Positions 16,955 through 25,406 are shown, counted from the stretch's first letter. The stretch is DNA of 40,317 nucleotides from Geminicoccaceae bacterium (GCA_036274135.1 DASUGG010000213.1:1-40317); one strand, 5' to 3'. Translations and numbers: made by a program. Notes: a model not told the origin generated them from the sequence alone.

Positions 16955-17596
16955 CTATTGGCTAGCCCACACGATCCGTGCCAGCCAGCTCACCTCGCCA
17001 ACCGCGTAACGTCTGGTCTCCTCGTTGTGGGCAAGAGGGGCGATCTCGACGCGCTGTGCGGTCCGGCGGAGCAGCAGGCCGACGCTCAGAGGGCCCTTGA
17101 TGGGCTTCAGCAGCACCCGGTCGTGACGGCGGATGCTGGCGCCTGGCGACGCGACCAGCAAGTCGCCGTCGCGATAGATCGGCACCATGGCATCGCCGTG
17201 GATCTCGACGGCATAGGCGTGGGGATCGTCGAGGTTGGGAAAGTCGATCTCGTCCCAATCCCCTCCCACCGGAAATCCGGCTTGGTCAAATAGGCTGGAC
17301 CGATGCGCCTGATCCAGGGCCACGCAGCGCATCCGCTGCGATGGAGGTTCGATCTTCGCTCCCGCCTCGTCCGACATCATCGCCACGAATTCTCGGAAGG
17401 GCGTTTCGGTAGCTGTCAGAATTTTCGCCAGGCTTTCGGTGCTGGGCCACCGTGGCTTGTCCTCCTTGGTGATCCGCTTGCTTGGATTGAACGTCGTGGG
17501 GTCCAGCCCGGCGCGACGTGCCAGCCCCGAAGCCGTCAAGCCGTGGTGCCTGGCGAGCCGGTCAATGCCGCGCCACACCTCGTCATGGGTGAACAT
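16955..17596 (-). CDS. CI/LexA-like repressor: N-terminal HTH plus C-terminal S24 peptidase-like domain with Ser->Ala at the nucleophile position
   Basis: MFTHDEVWRGIDRLARHHGLTASGLARRAGLDPTTFNPSKR is an XRE-type HTH. AVEIHGDAMVPIYRDGDLLVASPG sits where S24 proteins have GDSM. The C-terminus is WLARIVWASQ. Start taken at ATG 17596; the track uses TTG 17605. Confidence 0.85.
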   Translation of the reverse strand: MFTHDEVWRGIDRLARHHGLTASGLARRAGLDPTTFNPSKRITKEDKPRWPSTESLAKILTATETPFREFVAMMSDEAGAKIEPPSQRMRCVALDQAHRSSLFDQAGFPVGGDWDEIDFPNLDDPHAYAVEIHGDAMVPIYRDGDLLVASPGASIRRHDRVLLKPIKGPLSVGLLLRRTAQRVEIAPLAHNEETRRYAVGEVSWLARIVWASQ

Positions 17597-17894
17597 GGGA
17601 ATCAACCCCGACTAAGAATGCGATCCTGACCAACACTAGGAATGACCGCTGCGCTTGTCAGTAGGAACATCGGGCTATGCAGCGTCCGAAGGCGAAGCAT
17701 TCCGGCTTGCCATACAGGCATTAATTCCGCTATATCTAGATCCTTCACCGCGCGATGTGTCTGTCGCGCTTGGCGGCCTCGATCGCGCCGCTCGCGCGCC
17801 TCGCTGTTCAGGGGCGGGCTTGATCGACCCGATCGTGCGCCCCTTACGGAGGAACTTCGTGATCAGCTCGCAAGCGTCCTGCGGCCGGGTCGCC

Positions 17895-18269
17895 ATGGCC
17901 GTCTTCGTCGATGGGACCGAATGCTGTTGGCTTCGCGGACTGAGACGCGGGTTTCGCCACTGTTTCGTCGCCTTGGAACATGGCGATGCCTGGCTGGTCT
18001 GCGATTCCCTGAAGAGCCACATGGAGCTTACGCTGCTGGACCTGCCGCGCTCGGTTGATCTCGGGAGACACTATGCGGGCCAAGGTCACCGGGTCTTGAT
18101 CGGACGAACCGGCAAGCAGCCGCGACAGCGAACCCTGCCGCCGGGCCCGCTGACCTGCGTCAGCGTCGCCAAGCGGCTACTGGCGATTCGCGCGGCCCGG
18201 GTTTGGACTCCCTGGCAGCTCTTCTCCTACCTCTTGCGCCAACCGCACGTCTGGCGCCTGGTCCCCTGA
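17895..18269 (+). CDS. Hypothetical protein between the repressor and the portal gene
   Basis: This is the ORF frame of track entry 17655..18269. I start it at the internal ATG 17895 (MAVFVDGTECCWLRG...) because the upstream 240 nt are AT-richer and look non-coding. I recognised no family, and no clear RBS is present. Confidence 0.35.
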   Translation: MAVFVDGTECCWLRGLRRGFRHCFVALEHGDAWLVCDSLKSHMELTLLDLPRSVDLGRHYAGQGHRVLIGRTGKQPRQRTLPPGPLTCVSVAKRLLAIRAARVWTPWQLFSYLLRQPHVWRLVP

Positions 18270-18307
18270 ACGCCTCGACCATCGCGGAGTTGAGGCACGA
18301 TTGACGC

Positions 18308-18336
18308 TTGACAAGTAGGCGTTATAGGAATATAAA
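18308..18336 (+). promoter_or_regulatory. Near-consensus sigma-70-type promoter upstream of the portal gene
   Basis: TTGACA (18308-18313), a 17-nt spacer, then TATAAA (18331-18336), in a locally AT-rich patch 89 nt upstream of portal ATG 18425. A second TTGACG lies at 18301. Confidence 0.5.
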
Positions 18337-18424
18337 CCAAGCCAGTTCATGACGCCACGCGCCGCCTTCAGGCCAGTCGGTGCAGCTGCGGATCAATTCC
18401 CCCGATCGTACGCGGAGTGGTTGG

Positions 18425-19957
18425 ATGGGTGATCTCTCGCTCGAGGCCGTCTGGTCGCGTTACCAGCGGGCCAAGGACCGGCGACTTCGCTGGGAAGGCC
18501 TCTGGCGGGACTGCTACACATACGTGCTGCCGCACCGTGGCGCCGGATTCGGCGCCGAGTTCGCGCCCGGTCGCAACCACGCCGAGCGGACCTTCGACGG
18601 CACGGCGCCCGACGCCGTGGAGCAACTCGCAGCCTCGCTGCTCGCCGAGCTCACGCCGCCCTGGTCGCAGTGGTTCGGCCTGGTCCCGGGACCGCAGGTT
18701 CACTCCTTCGAGCGTGGGATCCTCGCCGAAAGGCTGGACCAGGTCTCGCTGACGATTCAGGCTCATTTCGACCGTTCCAATTTTGCGGCCGAGATCCATC
18801 AGGCCTTCCTCGACCTGGTGAGCATCGGCAGCGCCACGCTCCTGTTCGAGGAAGCGCCGATCGGGGACCTCAGCGCCTTTCGGCTGACCGCGGTGCCGAT
18901 GGCCGAGATGTGGTTCGAGCCGGGGCTCAACGGTCAGATCAGCGGCCATTTTCGACAGAGCGCGCTGCCCATGGAGGCGCTCTGCGCACGGTTTCCCGAG
19001 GCAGAGCTGCCGCGCAGCCTCTTGGACGAGTGCCGGCGGCACAAGGAGCGGCATCTCGAAGTGGTCGAGGGTGTCTTGCCGGCGGGCACCGGCTACCACT
19101 ACCTCGCCATGCTTCATCACGGCACCGACCAGCCGCTGCTGCTTGCGCAGGGCCGCTTCGACAGTTCGCCCTTCATCAGCTTCCGCTGGCTCAAGGGCGC
19201 GGGCGAGGTCTACGGACGCTCACCGGTAATGACGGTGCTGCCCGACATCAAGACGGTCAACAAGGTCGTCGAACTGGTGCTCAAGAACGCCTCGATCTCG
19301 GTCACTGGGATCTGGCAGGCGGACGACGACGGCGTGCTCAATCCGGCCAACATCCAGCTAGTGCCCGGCAGCATCATACCCAAGGCGGTCGGCTCCGCCG
19401 GCCTCACGCCCTTGCAGGCGCCCGGTCGCTTCGACGTCTCGAGCCTGATGCTCGAGGAGTTGCGCGGCCGTATCCGGCATGCGTTGCTGGTCGATCGCCT
19501 CGGCGCGATCGGCAGCCGCAAGATGACCGCTACCGAGGTGCTCGAACGCAGCGCCGAAATGACCCGGCTGCTCGGCGCGACCTACGGGAGGCTCCAGGCG
19601 GAGCTGCTGACACCGCTCCTGGGCCGTGCCATGGGGATCCTGCGCCGCCGCGGCGAGATCCCTGATCTCGCCCTCGACGGTCGCCTGGTGGACCTGCACT
19701 ACAAGTCGCCGCTCGCCCGCCAGCAGGCGCAGCAGGACGTGCAAAGCACTCTGCTTTGGCTGGAGACCACCGCGAAGATGGGCGCGGAGGCGCTTGCCGC
19801 GGTCGACCTCCCCGCGACGGCGCGCTGGCTGGGTGACCGGCTGGGCGTGCCAGGCCAGCTGATCCGCGACATCGAGTCACCGAGCGCGCTCCTAGACCTG
19901 GCGGAGGACCTGGTTGCCGTGCGGCCGGAAGTGACGGAAGCGGCTGATGGACAGTGA
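18425..19957 (+). CDS. Phage portal (head-to-tail connector, podovirus type)
   Basis: 510 aa. GGAG lies 8 nt upstream of ATG 18425. The N-terminal pattern RYQRAKDRRLRWEGLWRDCYTYVLP...ERTFDGTAPDAVEQLAASLLAELTPPWSQWFGL is typical of T7 gp8-like connector proteins. Its position at the head of the structural module fits. Confidence 0.8.
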   Translation: MGDLSLEAVWSRYQRAKDRRLRWEGLWRDCYTYVLPHRGAGFGAEFAPGRNHAERTFDGTAPDAVEQLAASLLAELTPPWSQWFGLVPGPQVHSFERGILAERLDQVSLTIQAHFDRSNFAAEIHQAFLDLVSIGSATLLFEEAPIGDLSAFRLTAVPMAEMWFEPGLNGQISGHFRQSALPMEALCARFPEAELPRSLLDECRRHKERHLEVVEGVLPAGTGYHYLAMLHHGTDQPLLLAQGRFDSSPFISFRWLKGAGEVYGRSPVMTVLPDIKTVNKVVELVLKNASISVTGIWQADDDGVLNPANIQLVPGSIIPKAVGSAGLTPLQAPGRFDVSSLMLEELRGRIRHALLVDRLGAIGSRKMTATEVLERSAEMTRLLGATYGRLQAELLTPLLGRAMGILRRRGEIPDLALDGRLVDLHYKSPLARQQAQQDVQSTLLWLETTAKMGAEALAAVDLPATARWLGDRLGVPGQLIRDIESPSALLDLAEDLVAVRPEVTEAADGQ

Positions 19958-20213
19958 TCGCCAGCCGAGCGGCTGGTCCTGGTTCGAGGCGCGCGAAGAA
20001 GCGTCGCCCGATCCTGGCGAGACGTCGCTCTGCCGGGCCTTCGCGCGATGCTTCTCGGGACCCGAGGGGCAGCAGGCCCTGGCTCACCTGAGGCGGCGGA
20101 TTCTCGATCGAAGGCTCGGGCCGAGCGCCACCGACGCCGAGCTCTGGTACCTCGAAGGTCAGCGCGGCGCGATTGCGTATGTGCTCGGCATGATCGAGCG
20201 CGGCGGCCGCTGA
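19947..20213 (+). CDS. Bbp19-like small phage protein
   Basis: 88 aa, overlapping the portal stop by 11 nt. AFARCFSGPEGQQALAHLRRRIL...LEGQRGAIAYVLGMI resembles the Bbp19 family pattern (tF.sPeG..VL.dL...reGrr.v...I) found after the portal in BPP-1-like phages. Confidence 0.55.
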   Translation: MDSDRQPSGWSWFEAREEASPDPGETSLCRAFARCFSGPEGQQALAHLRRRILDRRLGPSATDAELWYLEGQRGAIAYVLGMIERGGR

Positions 20214-20229
20214 TCCGCCGCTTCGGCAA

Positions 20230-21051
20230 ATGACAACCTCGACTTTAGGGGCGACGATGATCGAGCAGGAACTGCAGGCAGAAGAGGGCACGGTCGAATC
20301 CGATGTCGAAGCAGCGGCCGCCGCCGTGGCCGAGCCCGATCCGGATGCCTCGCTCGAGCCGAAGCCTTCACGTCCGGCCGGGGTGCCGGAGAAGTTCTGG
20401 GACCGAGAGGCGGGCTGCGTTCGCACCGACGCTCTCCTGAAGTCGTACCTCGAGATCGAGCGCAAGCTCGGGTCGATGATCGCGCTGCCGGCGGACGATG
20501 CCGACCTTGATGGCCGCAGACGCCTCCACCGGGCACTCGGTGTACCCGAAAGCCCGGACGGCTATCAGATCGCGGCGCGAAGCGCTCTTCTGGAGCCGGC
20601 TGCAGAGATCAATGCGAAGCTCCATGCTGCCGGGTTCACCCCGCAACAGGCGCAGCTGGTCTACGACCTGGCGGCTGACCATCTGCTGCCGTTGGTGGAC
20701 GAGCTGCTCGATGAGTTCGGCTCGGCGCACGACTCCGAGCGTCTTGCCCATCGCTTCGGCGGCACCGAAGCCTGGCGGGCTCTGGCCCCCCAGATCAAGA
20801 CGTGGGGCCGCGCCAATCTTTCGGACAAAGTCTTCGCCACGCTGTCGGCCAGCTATGATGGCGTGCTCGCGATGCATCAGATGATGCAGGCGCGCGAGCC
20901 GGCGGTGCTGCATGACGGCGAAGGTCCGCAAGCCGCGCTCGACGAGGCCGCGCTCGGCCAGATGATGCGCGATCCGCGCTACTGGCGAGACCGCGATCCG
21001 CAGGTGATCGCGAAGGTGACCGAGGGCTTTCGGCGCCTCTATCCGGCATAG
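20230..21051 (+). CDS. Probable capsid scaffolding protein
   Basis: 273 aa, acidic and alanine-rich, helical-looking, with the VPEKFWDRE...LLKSYLEIERKLG motif common in podovirus scaffold proteins. It occupies the gp9 position. An alternative start at ATG 20257 is preceded by AGGGG. Confidence 0.6.
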   Translation: MTTSTLGATMIEQELQAEEGTVESDVEAAAAAVAEPDPDASLEPKPSRPAGVPEKFWDREAGCVRTDALLKSYLEIERKLGSMIALPADDADLDGRRRLHRALGVPESPDGYQIAARSALLEPAAEINAKLHAAGFTPQQAQLVYDLAADHLLPLVDELLDEFGSAHDSERLAHRFGGTEAWRALAPQIKTWGRANLSDKVFATLSASYDGVLAMHQMMQAREPAVLHDGEGPQAALDEAALGQMMRDPRYWRDRDPQVIAKVTEGFRRLYPA

Positions 21052-21135
21052 CAGATCAGGGCCGCGGCGCTCCGCGGCACCCGATGTTCAACCTCTGTGG
21101 AGCCGGCCGGTGGGCCGGTGCCGAAGGAGACGTTC

Positions 21136-21498
21136 ATGGCGAGACTCCGGCGCAAGGGCCTCGGCACAACCGAGCTGGTTCGCGACAACGACGGCGCCAA
21201 GATGCCGATCATGCCCTGGGGCAAGGTGCACAACCTGGCCGCGACCGAGGCGACAGCGGCGCGCAACGCGACCGCGATCTCGGCCACCTGCGGTGTGGTC
21301 AGCATCGTCGCGATCGGCGGCAGCGCGCACTTCAAGCAGGGCAATTCGAGCGTCGTGGCAACCACCAGCGACGCTTACCTTCCGGAAGGCGAGTGGCACG
21401 AGCTGCCCGTCTTCGAGGGCGCCGACTGGAGCTACGTGTCGATCCTGTCTGCGGCCGGTTCCGGCAACATCGTGGCGCAGATCTGCGAGCGGCAATAG
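21136..21498 (+). CDS. Small phage protein of unknown function
   Basis: 120 aa. The strong RBS GAAGGAGA lies 5 nt upstream of ATG 21136. Composition looks beta-rich. I recognised no family. Confidence 0.5.
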   Translation: MARLRRKGLGTTELVRDNDGAKMPIMPWGKVHNLAATEATAARNATAISATCGVVSIVAIGGSAHFKQGNSSVVATTSDAYLPEGEWHELPVFEGADWSYVSILSAAGSGNIVAQICERQ

Positions 21499-21501
21499 GC
21501 A

Positions 21502-22269
21502 ATGACCGCGCTTGGCCTTCGGCCCTCTGGACGGCTTGCCTTAAGCTCAAGGCGCCGGCGTGGCGCCGCAGCGCCGCCGGAATCGCCGGATCAGATCAGC
21601 TCTCTCGCGTTCTGGTATGACGCGGAAGCCAGTCCCACGATCGAGGCCAGCGGCGTGATCGAGCGCTGGGACGATTTGAGCGGCAACGCGAACCACGCCG
21701 ACCAGACGGTCAGCAGCGAGCGCCCGGTCAAGGCGACCGATGGTCAAGGTCGCCACGTCATCCGGTTTGACGGGATAGACGATACGCTCGCGGTCGCGAG
21801 CCCGCCGGATCTCGCGGCAGGCATGACGCTGTTCGCCGTGTTCGCGGTACGTACGCGCAGCGATTTCTCCGGCGTCGTCTCGGCCGCCGCCACCACCGGC
21901 GTCGACCACGAGGCGTTCTTCAGCCTGCAGAACGCAAGCGCGGCGAGTGAGCAGTTTCAATGGATCGGCAAATCCGCTGGCGCGGATCCTCTGCTGATCG
22001 GACGTGACGACAACGTAACCGCCGGTCTCGCGATCCTGACGGCGGCCGCTGGCAACGCTCTGTTCGAGGACCTCGACGGCCAAGGTTCGGACACCTACGA
22101 CGGATCGTTCGGGAGGCCAGACCAGATCGTCCTTGCCGGTCACTACGACGAAGGAACCTACGGCTACAGCGCCATCGACGTCTATGAGGTCGGGCTCTAT
22201 GCCCGCGCCCTCACGGCGGGAGAGAGGGGCGTGCTGCAGGGCTATCTCAGGAACAAGTACGGGTTCTAG
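21502..22269 (+). CDS. LamG/concanavalin-A-like lectin domain protein
   Basis: SSLAFWYDAEASPTIEASGVIERWDDLSGNANHADQTVSSERPVKATDGQGRHVIRFDGIDDTL is the characteristic Laminin_G_3 opening (L.lW.DA.d...v..W.D.SGngn.a.Q....P......FdG.dD.L). Confidence 0.7.
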   Translation: MTALGLRPSGRLALSSRRRRGAAAPPESPDQISSLAFWYDAEASPTIEASGVIERWDDLSGNANHADQTVSSERPVKATDGQGRHVIRFDGIDDTLAVASPPDLAAGMTLFAVFAVRTRSDFSGVVSAAATTGVDHEAFFSLQNASAASEQFQWIGKSAGADPLLIGRDDNVTAGLAILTAAAGNALFEDLDGQGSDTYDGSFGRPDQIVLAGHYDEGTYGYSAIDVYEVGLYARALTAGERGVLQGYLRNKYGF

Positions 22270-22271
22270 GT

Positions 22272-23561
22272 ATGGTTGATCGCACGCCACAGGAGTTCGG
22301 CGGAGTTCCCGACGGAGTCACGGACAGTACGGCGGCGATTCAGGCCGCCATCGATGCCGCGGGAGCGTCGGGCGACGACGTCTTGATCGCCGGCGGCATC
22401 TTCCGGACCAGTGGGCAACTGAATTGCCCGCACGGCGCACTGCGCATCAAGGGCGATGGCGGTATTCAGGCGCTGAGCGGCGCCTGGCCGAGCCAAGCGG
22501 CGATCCTGGCGATCACCGGAAGCGGCGTCGTCGTCGATGGTGACGGTCTGTTGCTCGATCAGGCCAACGTGATCCCCGAGGGCTACAGCTTGCGGGGAAC
22601 CGGGGCGGTCGGGCTGACGATGTCAGGCTTGATCTCGCGCAATTCGCAAGGCGCCTTCCTGTTGCTCGACGATGGTTGCACCGACGTGCTGGTGCACGAC
22701 ATCCACCATCGCGGCAGCGGCTATGGAATCCTCGCCGCGGACCCGCAGAGCCTGGCCCGGATCGAGATTCGCGACAGCGATTTCGAGCACGCCGGAACAG
22801 GCCCGACCGGCGACGGGATTCAGCTCAATTGCGCAACGCATGGTGGCGACGACGTCGAGGTCACCGGCGTCACGGTGCGCGGCTACATCGGTGAGTCGGT
22901 CGGCCACGGCAGTGGCTTCGGCTTCGCAGGGGTGACGAACACGCGCCTGTTCGGTTGCATTGCCGAACTCTGCGAAAGCGATGGCTTCCGGTGGCAGCAG
23001 CAGAGCAACGATACGGTTGCCTTCAACTGCCGCGCGTTGAACTGCGGCAGGCCCGATCACGTCAACGACTGCGGCTCCGGCTTCATCGTGTACGACTCCA
23101 GCCGTTGGCACGGCGAGAGCCTCCTGGCCGTCGGCTGCTGGTACCATGGGATCGCGCTGAGCGGACAAAACAGCGTATCTCACCCCGCGGACAACGTGAT
23201 CGTCCGCTGCAGCGCTCTCGACATCGGCCGCGACTGCTTCCACTTCACCGCGCAGGCCCGGGCCGTGATCACCCGTTGCCATGCTCGCGATCCCTCGCGA
23301 AGCAGCGACGGCGGTTACGCCGCCTATCATCTCGCGAGACAAGGTGGCGCGACGCTCGAGAACGTCGACTGCACGGGCGACAGCAACACGGTCATCTCCA
23401 CCGGCGCCACCACGCCGCTCGGCGACACGGTCGTGCGACCAGAAAGTGTCAACTGCCTGGTCAACGGCATCAGCGGCGGTACCGCGGTAGCGCGCGTCAC
23501 GGAGGATGGGGCGATTCGCCTGACGGAATCGGGCGAGGAGCGCCTGCTCGAAGCGGCTTAG
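22272..23561 (+). CDS. Right-handed beta-helix (pectate-lyase-3-like) protein, possible tailspike/depolymerase
   Basis: The N-terminus FGGVPDGVTDSTAAIQAAIDAAGASGDDVLIAGGIF is the Pectate_lyase_3 opening motif, followed by repetitive G/D/N-rich beta-helix-like repeats. It lacks a T7-type particle-binding N-domain. Confidence 0.7.
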   Translation: MVDRTPQEFGGVPDGVTDSTAAIQAAIDAAGASGDDVLIAGGIFRTSGQLNCPHGALRIKGDGGIQALSGAWPSQAAILAITGSGVVVDGDGLLLDQANVIPEGYSLRGTGAVGLTMSGLISRNSQGAFLLLDDGCTDVLVHDIHHRGSGYGILAADPQSLARIEIRDSDFEHAGTGPTGDGIQLNCATHGGDDVEVTGVTVRGYIGESVGHGSGFGFAGVTNTRLFGCIAELCESDGFRWQQQSNDTVAFNCRALNCGRPDHVNDCGSGFIVYDSSRWHGESLLAVGCWYHGIALSGQNSVSHPADNVIVRCSALDIGRDCFHFTAQARAVITRCHARDPSRSSDGGYAAYHLARQGGATLENVDCTGDSNTVISTGATTPLGDTVVRPESVNCLVNGISGGTAVARVTEDGAIRLTESGEERLLEAA

Positions 23562-23790
23562 CGAAGGCGACGTCATCGGGTCGCCTCGTCGATCTCGCCG
23601 CAAGATTTGCCGGTCGAAGCAGCGGACCAACCCGCGCCCAGGAGCGGGCCCGCCCGAACTCGACCCGCCGAGGTGGAGCGCATCCACCGAGACCGCGGCC
23701 CGCCCGGGCGGATGGAACGGCGAAAGCCACCCCGTACGGTGCGGACCAACCGCGCGTCGTCTCTCGGTACACACCCACGGAGGGACGAAC

Positions 23791-24609
23791 GTGTCCACGA
23801 CGATCGACCAAGCTTTCATCAAGCAGTTCGAGGAAGAGGTCCATCAGGCCTATCAGCGGATGGGGTCGAAGCTGCGCAATACCGTTCGCATGAAGAACGG
23901 GGTTCGCGGCAGCTCGACCGTGTTCCAGAAGGTCGGCAAGGGCAGTGCCGCGACCAAGGCGCGGCATGGCAAGGTGCCGGTCATGAACGTCGACCACACG
24001 CCGGTCGAGTGCCAGCTGCTCGACTTCTATGCCGGTGACTGGGTCGACCATCTGGACGAGCTCAAGACCAACATCGACGAGCGCCAGGTGCTCGCCAATG
24101 CCGGGGCCTTCGCCCTGGGCCGTAAGACCGACGAGCTGATCATCCAGGCGCTCGATGCCACCACCAACCTCGCCGGCACCGGCGCCGACGGGCTGACCAA
24201 GGCCAAGGTGCTGACGGCCTTCGAGCTGCTCGGCAACAAGGACGTTCCCGACGACGGCCAGCGCTTTGCGGTGATCGGCTGGAAGCAGTGGTCGGATCTG
24301 CTCGAGCTGCCGGAGTTCGCCGATGCCGACTTCGTCGGCCCGGACGAGCTGCCGTGGCGGGGGACCCAGGCGAAGCGCTGGCTCGGCACCCTCTGGTTGC
24401 CGCATTCCGGTCTGAAGCTCAGCAGCGGGGTTCGTACCTGCTTCTGGTACCACCGCAGCGCCATCGGCCACGCCATCGGTCAGGAGGTTGCGACCGACGT
24501 GACCTGGCATGGCGACCGCGCCGCTCACTTCGTGTCCAACTCGATGAGCCAGGGCGCATGCCTGATCGATGCCGACGGCGTCGTCGAGATCCCCTGCCTG
24601 GAGAGCTGA
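23791..24609 (+). CDS. Major capsid protein (N4-gp56/BPP-1-type HK97-fold family)
   Basis: 272 aa. GTG start with GGAGGGA 6 nt upstream. IKQFEEEVHQAYQRMGSKLRNTVR...FQKVGKGSA...HTPVECQLLDFYAGDWVDHLDELK...WYHRSAIGHA is typical of this capsid family. It occupies the gp10 position. Confidence 0.8.
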   Translation: MSTTIDQAFIKQFEEEVHQAYQRMGSKLRNTVRMKNGVRGSSTVFQKVGKGSAATKARHGKVPVMNVDHTPVECQLLDFYAGDWVDHLDELKTNIDERQVLANAGAFALGRKTDELIIQALDATTNLAGTGADGLTKAKVLTAFELLGNKDVPDDGQRFAVIGWKQWSDLLELPEFADADFVGPDELPWRGTQAKRWLGTLWLPHSGLKLSSGVRTCFWYHRSAIGHAIGQEVATDVTWHGDRAAHFVSNSMSQGACLIDADGVVEIPCLES

Positions 24610-24611
24610 GC

Positions 24612-24881
24612 ATGGCCTACTCGTCCAAGAACCTGAGTGCCCTCGCCTACGCCAACGGCTTCACCTTGTGGCACTACAAGACGTCCGACCTCGCGCTGGA
24701 GGTCGATACCACTGGCTATTTCAACGGCGCGGCAACAATGCTGCGTGCCGGTGACTTCATCATGGCCAACACCAACACCAGCGGCACGGTGCAAAGCGGC
24801 ATGTTCATCGTGAAGTCGAACAGCGGCACGGTCGTCGATGTCGCCAACATCGCCGACTTCGGTTCGGTGAATACCGACTAG
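24612..24881 (+). CDS. Small conserved phage protein following the capsid gene (possible decoration/cement protein)
   Basis: 90 aa. ATG lies 2 nt after the capsid stop. LSALAYANGFTLWHYKTSD...TGYFNGAATMLRAGDFIMANT resembles hypothetical proteins that follow this capsid type in alphaproteobacterial podovirus-like prophages. Function unproven. Confidence 0.55.
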   Translation: MAYSSKNLSALAYANGFTLWHYKTSDLALEVDTTGYFNGAATMLRAGDFIMANTNTSGTVQSGMFIVKSNSGTVVDVANIADFGSVNTD

Positions 24882-24933
24882 ATCCTCCGCATCCCCACCC
24901 GACGCGCGACAGCGCGGAAGCCCTTACCAGTGT

Positions 24934-24964
24934 CCGGGCGAGCGACGATCAGCGGCTCGCCCGG
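24934..24964 (+). terminator. GC-rich hairpin downstream of the capsid/90-aa genes (possible attenuating terminator or RNA processing site)
   Basis: CCGGGCGAGC-gacgatcagcg-GCTCGCCCGG is a 10-bp perfect stem. No U tract follows, so it is not a canonical intrinsic terminator. Confidence 0.3.
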
Positions 24965-25034
24965 CCTGGCCCTCCTTTCGCGGCATCCGCTGGCCCCTAT
25001 GGCCACGCGTCGGCCACATTCCTCGGAGACGGCC

Positions 25035-25406
25035 ATGCCCAGACTGCTCGCCATTGTCTTAACGATCTTCATCACATCGACGCCGGCGGCTCGGCTCGCA
25101 GCTGAGCCGGTGGGGGCAAAAGCGGTCTGTCCCGGCATTGCCTTGACGTTGTTCGAGCATCTGCTTCCGAGCGAGGTCCGACGCTATCCTTTCGAGCACG
25201 CATTGCTCGAGCCGTTCGTCCAGCTGTGGCAGTCCGGTTCGCGGCCTGCCCTGCCGGTGATGCCCGAGCGCGTCACGGTCTATGCGGTGCCCGACCATCC
25301 GTTGCTCGTCGGCTATCAGAGCGGTGCCTGCGTGATCGCATCACTCGCCATCGATCGCGAACGCCTCGTGAGCTGGCTTGGGCCGCGCATCGGTTGGACG
25401 ATCTAA
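25035..25406 (+). CDS. Small secreted protein (moron-like insertion in the structural module)
   Basis: 123 aa. GGAGA lies 5 nt upstream of ATG 25035. The N-terminal signal-peptide-like MPRLLAIVLTIFITSTPAARLAAEP is present. I recognised no virion-protein motif. Confidence 0.45.
   Translation: MPRLLAIVLTIFITSTPAARLAAEPVGAKAVCPGIALTLFEHLLPSEVRRYPFEHALLEPFVQLWQSGSRPALPVMPERVTVYAVPDHPLLVGYQSGACVIASLAIDRERLVSWLGPRIGWTI

Noticed and set aside
21395-23115. TGGCAC-containing sequences (for example near 21400 and 23103) as sigma-54 -24/-12 promoters
   Set aside because: They lie inside coding regions and lack the TTGC(A/T) -12 element at the correct spacing.
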